Notes under the pieces: model-generated
The model's input: only the letters and a program-made list of their open reading frames with translations
Told to the model about the DNA's origin: nothing
Database searches by the model: none
Source of the DNA: an uncultured Parcubacteria group bacterium
GTDB lineage: Bacteria; Patescibacteriota; Minisyncoccia; UBA6257; 2-01-FULL-56-20
Assembly: GCA_903911245.1 (NCBI GenBank)
Contig: CAIWCR010000028.1
Coordinates: 1-57,758, forward strand
Reading direction: 5' to 3'
Length of the DNA: 57,758 bases
Position numbers and translations under genes: made by a program
In this document: positions 48,811 through 56,919 of the stretch, piece by piece
Position numbering within the stretch: position 1 is the first letter of the stretch
How the letters are laid out: each line of letters starts with the position of its first letter

Positions 48811-48917
48811 AAAAAACCCATCACGTGAGCGATGACTCCGAAGAGTCACCCATAGCCCTTTCGAGCTATGACCTGTTGAAGATGCTCCCACATGATGGGG
48901 TCTTTTTCTTCAACAGG
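48811..48917 (-). ncRNA. Structured RNA element in the nuclease leader
   Basis: GAAA and cUUCGg tetraloop hairpins inside a ~20-bp outer stem, plus an 11-bp crossing pairing. Confidence 0.7.
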
Positions 48918-49287
48918 ATTTTTGCCATGCCAAACGGTTGTTTGGTTTAGGCAATGCTATTCAGTTGTAATTTTAGAATATCACGATTATAGAAAATTCG
49001 GAATGCTCCGTCCAAGGCTTTTGAAAAAAACAAAAAGCAAACAAAATACAAATATTTGACTCATGAAAACGATTATTTTTTTATATCGATTTTTTCCACA
49101 AGCTCTTTCTCTTGACTAGCGAATCTAGTGCGATATACTACCGAAGTAGGTGGCTCTTGAGAAAAAAGAAAAGAGCAGATCCATTGAAAAGTCCAGACCT
49201 TGGGCGAGGACGTTGCGGGTAGCGAATCATCCGGTGAACTCCTAATATACTTGGAGAGTAGAGCCATGATTGTGAGGATGAGGAGTT

Positions 49288-49371
49288 AGGGCTGCAAACT
49301 AAAAAGCGAGTACATAATCAAATCAACAGGTCGTTGTTTGTGTATTCACTTTTCGGTTTGCGGCCCTTTTT
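49288..49371 (+). terminator. Long hairpin with U-tract (attenuator or ncRNA 3' end) upstream of the replication operon
   Basis: AGGGCTGCAAAC.../...GGTTTGCGGCCCT ~34-bp stem with G-U pairs, followed by TTTT; TTGACT-16-TATACT promoter at 49112-49139. Confidence 0.65.
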
Positions 49372-49400
49372 GATAAATATCTCCAGAGCACCGCTCTAAA

Positions 49401-49565
49401 TTGAAAGAGCAGAGCTCTCAAAAACTTAAAAGCATTATAGCTTCTCGGTTCCCTACCCTTACGGACAAGGAATCGAACAAGCTGTTTTTTGACCTGAACG
49501 AACTCAGTGATTTTTTGGTACGCCTATTTATTAAGCATCAGAAAGGAAGGGGTCCTCCCGAATGA
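49401..49565 (+). CDS. Small hypothetical protein (below ORF-track cutoff)
   Basis: TTG start; (M)KEQSSQKLKSIIASRFPTLTDKESNKLFFDLNELSDFLVRLFIKHQKGRGPPE. Confidence 0.5.
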   Translation: MKEQSSQKLKSIIASRFPTLTDKESNKLFFDLNELSDFLVRLFIKHQKGRGPPE

Positions 49566-49601
49566 GATGCAAATGGGCTGAAATAAATAAATTTTTAAAT
49601 A

Positions 49602-49754
49602 ATGCAAAAGAAACAAAAAAGACGGGCGAACAAAAAAGCCCGAAAAGAGGTTAAGGATTCTTTAAAGAGTGAGTACGAGATGGTCGGTGAGGTAGTCGAA
49701 CAAGATAAACATATTTTGAATGCGATGAGCATTCTACTAACAGAAAATGAATAA
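49602..49754 (+). CDS. Small basic hypothetical protein (below ORF-track cutoff)
   Basis: MQKKQKRRANKKARKEVKDSLKSEYEMVGEVVEQDKHILNAMSILLTENE; its stop overlaps the helicase start. Confidence 0.55.
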   Translation: MQKKQKRRANKKARKEVKDSLKSEYEMVGEVVEQDKHILNAMSILLTENE

Positions 49755-51018
49755 AATAGAAATATTAAATATATTAAATCGCGACAAGATTCTCCGTGGC
49801 GAATCTGCGGGAGACGTGGCAATCCAATGTCCGTTTTGTAGGGCTGTCACAGCGACAGGAGAAAAATATCTCACGATGATTATCAATTCTGATACTGTTA
49901 GAAGCTACTGCGGAGAGTGTCGCAAATCAGTTAGTTTTGATGAGCTTCTTGAGGTTCTGGAAATAAAAACGAGTCCTACGTTATCGAAATCGGAAGCAGG
50001 GTTGCAATTATCAAAGACGGAGCTGTCCATCGGGACGGAAGAATATGAAAGTAACCGATTCGTGCCGGAGAACCATCGGAACCTTGTCGCATCCGGCATT
50101 ATGGAAATCGAATGGCTTGTCGAGAATATCGTGGCAGTCGAAGGCTATACATTAATTTCCGGTGCCCAGCAGTCAGGGAAAAGTCTAATTGCCCTCCTGC
50201 TTGCGAATACGGTAACCACGGGCAATCCCCTTTTTGGAAAATTTGTAGCAAAAAAGGGAAGGGTTCTTTTTGTCGACGAGGAAAACGGAAGGACGAGGCT
50301 GGCTGCACGTACAAACCTCCTCGGGATTCCGGCTGAATGCGAGATAGAATATCTGATTAATAAGAGCATTATGGTCGACTCCCTGAAAGATCTTACAAGA
50401 CTGGTGGCTCTTTGTCAGAAGAAAAAATATTCTCTTATCATCTTTGACTCGCTGGTTAGATTCTTCAGAGGCAATGAGAATGAGGCTGGTGTCATGTCTG
50501 AAGTGAATCGATGCTTTAATGCTCTTAGGGCTACCGGCGCAGCTATTGTGGCGCTTGCTCATAACAAGAAATCGGGATTTGACGGAGCTTCTGAATTAGG
50601 AAGTATGGTTCGCGGCTCATCGGAGATTGTTGCCGCTCCCGACTGTCATATCGCCCTTAAGAAGATAAAGAATGTCATCGAGGTTCGTCAGCCGAAATTC
50701 CGCGATGGCGATCCATTCCACCCTTTCAAGCTGAATATTATTGGGGATAAGACGTTTATCAAAATTACTTATGATGGACAGTTAGATGAGGAGAAATCAA
50801 AGAAAGAAGAAACGGCAGATGCAGTCGTCAGTCTTTTACAGGAAGGTGAATTGCCGAGAGATGTCATCGTCGAAAAATTGAAGGATATTGCAGGAGAAGG
50901 CGTTATTGGAAAAGTTCTCACCGAACTTCTTAAGACAAAAGCGATACAGCGCCGGAGTGGAGATAATAATAAGCATTTCTATTCGCTGATGGAAGAATCC
51001 GCGGACGAACAGGTGTAG
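49747..51018 (+). CDS. AAA_25/RepA-like replicative helicase with N-terminal Zn ribbon
   Basis: CPFC...CGEC, IEWLVE, GAQQSGKS Walker A, VLFVDEE, LIIFDS Walker B, AH..K, RGSS. Confidence 0.85.
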   Translation: MNKIEILNILNRDKILRGESAGDVAIQCPFCRAVTATGEKYLTMIINSDTVRSYCGECRKSVSFDELLEVLEIKTSPTLSKSEAGLQLSKTELSIGTEEYESNRFVPENHRNLVASGIMEIEWLVENIVAVEGYTLISGAQQSGKSLIALLLANTVTTGNPLFGKFVAKKGRVLFVDEENGRTRLAARTNLLGIPAECEIEYLINKSIMVDSLKDLTRLVALCQKKKYSLIIFDSLVRFFRGNENEAGVMSEVNRCFNALRATGAAIVALAHNKKSGFDGASELGSMVRGSSEIVAAPDCHIALKKIKNVIEVRQPKFRDGDPFHPFKLNIIGDKTFIKITYDGQLDEEKSKKEETADAVVSLLQEGELPRDVIVEKLKDIAGEGVIGKVLTELLKTKAIQRRSGDNNKHFYSLMEESADEQV

Positions 51019-51065
51019 TTTTTTGGTTCTTCCTTCCTTAGGGAAAGAAAAAACCGAAAAACCAG
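51018..51065. repeat. Palindromic ori-like repeat, copy B, abutting the helicase stop codon
   Basis: TTTTTGGTTCTTCCTTCCTTAGGGAAAGAAAAAACCGAAAAA; homologous to 41859-41906. Confidence 0.65.
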
Positions 51066-51145
51066 AAATCCCACACAAAATCGGAAATTATTTTGTTTTC
51101 CAAAGAACTAGAGGTTTAATTAGGGCATAAATAAAAATTAAGTCA

Positions 51146-52780
51146 ATGGAGCGTACCGCATTACAAATTGCAAAAGAAGTCATAACGGAGAGCTATATTA
51201 AAAGCTGCTATTATGCGCGCGTCTCCAGTGACGAGCAAAAAGAGAATGAGACCATTGAAAGCCAGAAGAATGAAATAAAGAAAGTTATTGCTGAAAATGG
51301 AGAGAAGTTGGTTCGGGAATATATTGACGATGGCGTCTCTGGGGCGTTATCGCACAGGCCGGCATTGGACCGGCTTCGTGATGATGCGAAGCTCGGAGTA
51401 TTTAATAAGGTTTATATCCTCTCCCCCGATCGTCTCTCTCGAGAATTATTTTTACAACTTGTGGTCGTAAAAGAATTACAGGCCTATCGCATCGAAATTG
51501 TTTTTCTAAGTCAAAAATTTGGAACAAGCTCAAGTGATAAGCTCTTATTTCAGATGCTTGGAGCGGTTTCCGAATTCGAGCGGGCGCAGATTTTGGAACG
51601 TACGAGGAGGGGGCGCAGATATAAGGCAGAGATTCGGCAGGAGTTTGTCGGATATCAGCCACCTTACGGATATAGCTATACAAGGAAAGAAAAAAGTTCC
51701 GATGGTCGGGGAAGTATTGAGATAGACGACAATGAGGCGAAGATCGTCAAGATGATGTTCCAATGGGTAAGCGAAGGAATGTCAGCAAGGAATGTAGTGA
51801 AGCAACTGACAGCGATGAGGGTTCCCACGAGGAGAGGAGGAGCAACATGGCGGAACAGTTCCGTCTTTAGGATTCTAAAGAGGTCTGAATATCTAGGTAC
51901 GTTTTACTACAATCGTGTGGAATGTATAGAGACTGCAAATCATCGCACGGAGGAAAAATATCGTACAAGTTCCAAGACGGGGAGGGCGTTACGACCGAAG
52001 AATGAATGGATAACGATACCTCTCCCCCATCTCCGACTTATCTCCGACAGCCTTTTTTGTTCCGTACAAGAACAGCTCAAAAAGAACATCGCGTTCTGTA
52101 AGCGCAATGCAAAAATGGATTATCTGCTTTCTGGCGCAATGATGAAGTGCCAGAAATGCGGAAGTTCGTATTTCGGAAATACCATGCACAGCAAGCCGTT
52201 TTATTCGGACAGTAATAAGAGGAATAAATTTCCTCTTATAAGAGACTGCGATGCTCCTTCTGTTTCTGCTCCGCGTATTGAGATTCTTGTATGGGACACT
52301 ATCGTTGAGCTTCTCAATAATCCAGATCTTTTCAAAAAATACTTAAAAGAGACAGTCGTTACTAATGCTGAAAAACCACAGGAGCTGACCATCCTGGAGA
52401 ATCAATTAAAAAATCTCCAGACGGAGGAGGACAGAATCATACATGGCTATCAGAAAGGACTTATAACTGATGAAGTAAAGATTAAGAGCATTATCCAGAA
52501 AATCAAAGAGGATAAAAAATTAACCTCCGAAAATATTGCGAGGATTAATGGACGAGCTGGGAAGAAAAAGAAATCTCAATTGCCCAAGAGCTTGAAGGGT
52601 GTTTGTCGGATGGTGCGGAGGCGACTAAAACAACTGGACTTTGAAGGTAGGCGGCAGCTTATCCGAGAATTGGTCAAAGAGATTTTGTTCGACGGAAAGA
52701 AAGTCGTAATACGAGGATATCTCCCCTCTCCTACGGGAAACTTAACAAGGACGGAGTTTGAGATCGGCAAAAAGATTTAA
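51146..52780 (+). CDS. Large serine recombinase (integrase)
   Basis: YARVSSDEQ catalytic motif, D.GVSG, RPAL, DRLSR, PPYGY recombinase domain, CQKCG Zn ribbon, coiled coil. Confidence 0.96.
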   Translation: MERTALQIAKEVITESYIKSCYYARVSSDEQKENETIESQKNEIKKVIAENGEKLVREYIDDGVSGALSHRPALDRLRDDAKLGVFNKVYILSPDRLSRELFLQLVVVKELQAYRIEIVFLSQKFGTSSSDKLLFQMLGAVSEFERAQILERTRRGRRYKAEIRQEFVGYQPPYGYSYTRKEKSSDGRGSIEIDDNEAKIVKMMFQWVSEGMSARNVVKQLTAMRVPTRRGGATWRNSSVFRILKRSEYLGTFYYNRVECIETANHRTEEKYRTSSKTGRALRPKNEWITIPLPHLRLISDSLFCSVQEQLKKNIAFCKRNAKMDYLLSGAMMKCQKCGSSYFGNTMHSKPFYSDSNKRNKFPLIRDCDAPSVSAPRIEILVWDTIVELLNNPDLFKKYLKETVVTNAEKPQELTILENQLKNLQTEEDRIIHGYQKGLITDEVKIKSIIQKIKEDKKLTSENIARINGRAGKKKKSQLPKSLKGVCRMVRRRLKQLDFEGRRQLIRELVKEILFDGKKVVIRGYLPSPTGNLTRTEFEIGKKI

Positions 52781-52888
52781 TTTTTTAAAATTACAAAATT
52801 TTATTCCAGTGCTATTAGTTAGGCATGGCATTATCTGACGAGACAGTGCAAGAAATACACAAGAAATCCAAAAAGCGGAGCAGTTGAA

Positions 52889-52926
52889 GTTAAATAGCGA
52901 CCCCAACATTAGAACGTTATGACCAC
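52889..52926. repeat. Right attachment junction
   Basis: GTTAAATAGCGACCCCAAC (52889-52907) then ATT-AG; comM homology stops at this point. Confidence 0.9.
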
Positions 52927-53572
52927 CGGACGCAGCAATAGTAAGCGCGCGTTTTGCATTTTCTTGACCTTTGATTTCAGAAAAGTCCGGCGTTGTATTT
53001 TTCACTATCCCCTCTTCCTCGAATACTTTTGGTATTATATTTTTCTTTTCCTCCAAAAACGCGATGGCATCACCAAGATTTTCCAAAGGAATTATTTTTA
53101 TATTTTTTACGACCGCTGCCTCATTTGCATTTTTTGCCGGAAGAAAAATATATTTAAAATGTAATCCTGCTGCCATTTGTGCAGCGCTCAATGCTCCACT
53201 TATTGGACGAAGTCGTCCATCAAGTGCGAGCTCCCCTAAAAATATTTTATCGCGTGTTTCAAATTCATTTATTTGTTTTGTCGCAAGAAGATATCCGACG
53301 GCAATTGCGAGATCATACTGCGATCCCGCTTTTTTCACATCGGCCGGAGCGAGGTTGATAGTAATTTTTCTATTCTCTCTATTTGGTGGTTTTATGTTGG
53401 AATTTTTAAGTGCAGAATTTACTCGTTCCTTCGCCTCGTTAAGAGCCTTGTCGGCGAGACCAACAATATTAAAAGCATGGAGACCAATATTGAGATCGGC
53501 TTCGACTTCAATGAGTCGAGCATCAATCCCTTCGAGTTCTGCGGAATATACTCGCGCAAGATTTTGTATCAT
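52911..53572 (-). pseudogene. comM: ComM N-terminal fragment split by the element
   Basis: GIDARLIEVEAD, IVGLADKA..EAKERV.SAL, ITINLAPADVKK.G..YDLAIA, GELALDG, KGQENAKRAL.IAA.GGHNVL. Confidence 0.95.
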
Positions 53573-53611
53573 GCAATATGTTTATCATGGTCATAATTAA
53601 AAAAAGATAAA

Positions 53612-53644
53612 AAGAAAACCCACGAGATCGTCGTGGGCTTTCTT
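53612..53644. terminator. Intrinsic terminator after the dksA-like gene
   Basis: AAGAAAACCCACGA-GATCG-TCGTGGGCTTTCTT hairpin. Confidence 0.6.
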
Positions 53645-53675
53645 TAGTTTTATAAAAATAACTTTCGGAAAAATA

Positions 53676-54011
53676 TTATTGAGATTCTGTTTTGCAGTTT
53701 TTACAATAACGAGATTCTGGGTCTATGTCAAGTATCGATGATTCTATTTTTTCAGAACACTTCTCGCAGAGACCGTACTTTTCAGAGCGAATTTTTTCGA
53801 GAGCACTATCGATTTCATTAAGTCGATTTTTTAGATCATTGATCACCGCGAGTCGGTTTCCAAAATCTTCAGTCTTATCAGATTCATCAGATTCATCATC
53901 GGGCTCGCTTCCAAAATCGACGGGAGTCTCATTTTGTTTTATTTCCGAAACGCAAAGTAATCGTTCTTTCTCGAGTGCCTCTTTATATTCTTTTATTTTT
54001 TCTTGATTCAT
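53676..54011 (-). CDS. TraR/DksA C4 zinc-finger protein
   Basis: EIDSALEKI...YGLCEKC...I...P.SRYCKNC; start set at the MNQE ATG 54011. Confidence 0.9.
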   Translation of the reverse strand: MNQEKIKEYKEALEKERLLCVSEIKQNETPVDFGSEPDDESDESDKTEDFGNRLAVINDLKNRLNEIDSALEKIRSEKYGLCEKCSEKIESSILDIDPESRYCKNCKTESQ

Positions 54012-54262
54012 AATACCTGAAAGAATAGTGTTTTTAAAAAAGGAAGTCAATTTTATCCACTTTTCTAAAATGTATTGATATGGCCGAATGGCCGCGCGAT
54101 GAGTATTGGTGAATTCTGAACTCGCAGATATTTCCCATTAGGGTGGCGAATTTTATCATTTTTTAATCATTTTTTAATGAAAATTTAATATATGGATGAA
54201 TATAATAAAATTGTCCTCAGGTTCGACATTATCCGAAAAACGTCAACAAAATGGCAGTATAA

Positions 54263-54349
54263 ATTTCCGGAATATTTCCGGAAATAATCCGGAAATTGCC
54301 GGATTATGGATTGCCGGATTATTTTGCCTGATTCGCGTTTGCCGGATTC
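54263..54349. repeat. Array of short CCGG-centred repeats
   Basis: CCGG at 54267, 54278, 54289, 54299, 54314 and 54342 in TTCCGGAA / TTGCCGGATT contexts. Confidence 0.75.
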
Positions 54350-54410
54350 GGCGTTTTAGAGGTCAGAAACGCCGTCATTGCTAGTGATAAACATTTTTGT
54401 TTGTCTAAAA

Positions 54411-54716
54411 TGTTTGTCGACAAACATTGTTTGTCGGCAAACATTGTAATTTAGCGAAACAGGCATTTATGCTAAATTATGAGGGTTTTATCTATATTAT
54501 CGACTATTTTGCCTGATGGTATCCCAATGGCATTGTTTGTCGACAAACAATGCCATTGGGGAAGTTGAAATGTTTGTCGGCAAACATTTCAACTTTTGGT
54601 CGTTTTTCGTGTTGGCAATGTTTGTCGGCAAACATTGCCAACACATGAATAGTCAGAAACGCCGTCTTTTCTAGAAAAAACTGACTTTTCTATTTTCAAA
54701 TGTTTGTCGACAAACA
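54411..54716. repeat. Six copies of a 16-bp parS-like palindrome TGTTTGTCG(A/G)CAAACA
   Basis: Copies start at 54411, 54428, 54534, 54571, 54619 and 54701. Confidence 0.9.
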
Positions 54717-54755
54717 TTTATTATTAGTAATAATCATATTGCCGAGTATATAAAT

Positions 54756-55136
54756 ATGACAAACAAGACGGAGATCGGATTGCGAGGAGAGAATTTGGCG
54801 TGCGAGTTTCTTGTACGGAAAAAATATAAAATTCTAAAAAGAAACTATCGCGAAAAATTTGATGAGATTGATATTATTGCCAGGGCAATAAATGGAACGC
54901 TTGTTTTCTGCGAAGTGAAGACGCTTTCTCAGAAAGTTGATTTTAAGAACGTACTCACGCCGGAAGATAATATGACGAAAGAAAAAATCAAAAAGATAAA
55001 ACGATCATCTGAAATGTTTGTTGGTAAGCATCAAGACTTAATAATTGAAAAAGTCGGTTGGCAAATTGATTGTATTGTAGTCGTGATTAATGAAGAGAAG
55101 GGGAGTCATGAACTCCGTCATTATGAAAATATATAA
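54756..55136 (+). CDS. yraN: YraN family endonuclease
   Basis: G..GE.LA..FL..K.Y.IL.RNYR...EIDIIA...LVFCEVKT. Confidence 0.93.
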   Translation: MTNKTEIGLRGENLACEFLVRKKYKILKRNYREKFDEIDIIARAINGTLVFCEVKTLSQKVDFKNVLTPEDNMTKEKIKKIKRSSEMFVGKHQDLIIEKVGWQIDCIVVVINEEKGSHELRHYENI

Positions 55137-55218
55137 AACAATCTAATTTATTTTATGTCAAATAATAAATTTTGGCATTTTTTCGATATGTTCGCGTTCA
55201 TGTTCATTTTCGATTACA

Positions 55219-56766
55219 ATGAACGATATGGAAACAAAAAAAAGAACGGTACTTATCGTCCTTGATGGCTGGGGCATTGGGAGCAACAACGAATCGAATC
55301 CGATATATGTTGTGAAGCCTCCGACGTTTCAATGGCTTGAAGAAAATTATCCCGCGACAAGTTTGCAGGCGTCTGGCATTGCTGTTGGTTTGCCGTGGGG
55401 AGAAGTTGGAAACAGTGAGGTTGGTCATTTGATGCTTGGCGCCGGAAAAGTCTTGTATCAATATTATCCGAAGATTACGATGTCGATTGAAGATGGAAGT
55501 TTTTTTGAAAATAAATCATTAAAGGATGCGTGTGTTCATGCACGTGAAAATAATAGTGCAATAAATTTCGTTGGTCTTCTTACGAAGGCAAATGTTCATG
55601 CATCGTTAAATCATCTCCAGGCGCTTATTAAAATGGCGCGTGATGAAAAAATAGAAAAAATAAATCTTCATCTTTTTGCCGATGGGAAGGATAGCCCGCC
55701 GCATACGTTTGAAGAGTTTTTCAAAGAAGTTCCTCGTGAATATTGTGCAAGCGTGATTGGTCGCTACTACGGCATGGATCGTGATGGTAATTGGCGACTT
55801 ACACAAACGGCATATCAGACGATGACGGGAAAAATGGGGAAGATTGTCGAAAGCCCTGATGCGATTGTTCAGATGACGTATCATAATGGCAACACCGAAG
55901 AATATCTTCCGGCAATGCGCTTCGCTGACGATAAAAAAATAACTGACGGCGACGCGGTCGTATTTTTCAATTATCGCGAAGATAGTATTCGGCAAATCGC
56001 ATCCGCTTTTATAATGAAAGAATTCGATAAATTTCCTGTTTTAAATTTTCAGAATCTCTATATTGCGACCATGACTCATTATGATGATCATTTTTTGGTT
56101 CCGATTGTTTGTCCGAGCGACACCGTGACGACGCCAATAGGGAAGGTAATAAGTGATCTTGGCATGGCGCAGCTCCGCATCGCGGAAACATATAAATACG
56201 CTCACGTTACGTATTTCTTTAACGGTCTTCACGAGCCTCCTTATAAAGGGGAATATCGAACATTGGTTCCATCGCTTTCATCGCTCCATCATGAAGAGCA
56301 TCCAGAAATGATGGCATCGGCGATTACTGATCGTCTTATTGAAGCGATACAGAGCAGGGGATTCGATTTTATTCTCGTGAACTATGCCAATCCTGATACT
56401 ATCGCTCATACTGCCGATTATAATGCTGCGGTCGAAGCAGTGCATGTTATTGATCGTGAGATTGCTCGCGTACTCAAAGTTGCGGAAAACAACGAGACTA
56501 TTCTTATCATTACGTCCGACCATGGAAACATAGAGGAGATGATCAATCAATCGACAGGGCTTCCTGAGAGTCAACACGACGCGAGCCCTGTCCCGTTTTA
56601 TTTTGTTGCGGATGGATATAAAGGAAGAAAGTTTACGAATTATGGCCGGCTCGCTTTTGAAACTGCTGGCTCACTTGCGGATGTTGCTCCTACTATTCTT
56701 GAAGCGATGGGAATTCAGAAGCCGGACGAGATGACAGGGAGAAGTCTTTTGGAAGAGATAATATAG
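55219..56766 (+). CDS. gpmI: 2,3-bisphosphoglycerate-independent phosphoglycerate mutase
   Basis: LDGWG, GNSEVGH, GRYYGMDRD, AET.KYAHVTYFFNG, NPDTIAH, SDHGN; start may be 55228. Confidence 0.96.
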   Translation: MNDMETKKRTVLIVLDGWGIGSNNESNPIYVVKPPTFQWLEENYPATSLQASGIAVGLPWGEVGNSEVGHLMLGAGKVLYQYYPKITMSIEDGSFFENKSLKDACVHARENNSAINFVGLLTKANVHASLNHLQALIKMARDEKIEKINLHLFADGKDSPPHTFEEFFKEVPREYCASVIGRYYGMDRDGNWRLTQTAYQTMTGKMGKIVESPDAIVQMTYHNGNTEEYLPAMRFADDKKITDGDAVVFFNYREDSIRQIASAFIMKEFDKFPVLNFQNLYIATMTHYDDHFLVPIVCPSDTVTTPIGKVISDLGMAQLRIAETYKYAHVTYFFNGLHEPPYKGEYRTLVPSLSSLHHEEHPEMMASAITDRLIEAIQSRGFDFILVNYANPDTIAHTADYNAAVEAVHVIDREIARVLKVAENNETILIITSDHGNIEEMINQSTGLPESQHDASPVPFYFVADGYKGRKFTNYGRLAFETAGSLADVAPTILEAMGIQKPDEMTGRSLLEEII

Positions 56767-56919
56767 AGGGAAACAATGGCGGAAGCGGTGACGTGTTCGT
56801 TGCTCCTGCTTTTGTTTGTGAAAAAATTTATAGTTTGACTCAATGGCGCATTCGGGTGTATATTATAGAGAGACAAATGGTCACTTCTAATATGAAGAAC
56901 TTAAGAATAAATCATTACT

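Larger units (their letters stand above)
36278..52912. mobile_element. 16.6-kb integrative element inserted in comM by a large serine recombinase
   Basis: comM halves rejoin in frame at the shared AG/CT dinucleotide (36276-77 and 52911-12); 19-bp inverted arms at both ends; integrase gene at the right end. Confidence 0.93.

Noticed and set aside
52742..52910. C-terminal ~56 codons of the 276-aa ORF as part of ComM
   Set aside because: This is read-through into element DNA past the att junction and overlaps the integrase 3' end on the opposite strand.
54411..54716. Palindrome array as a CRISPR array
   Set aside because: Repeats are only 16 bp, spacing is irregular (1-90 bp), flanks are themselves palindromic, and there is no cas operon.
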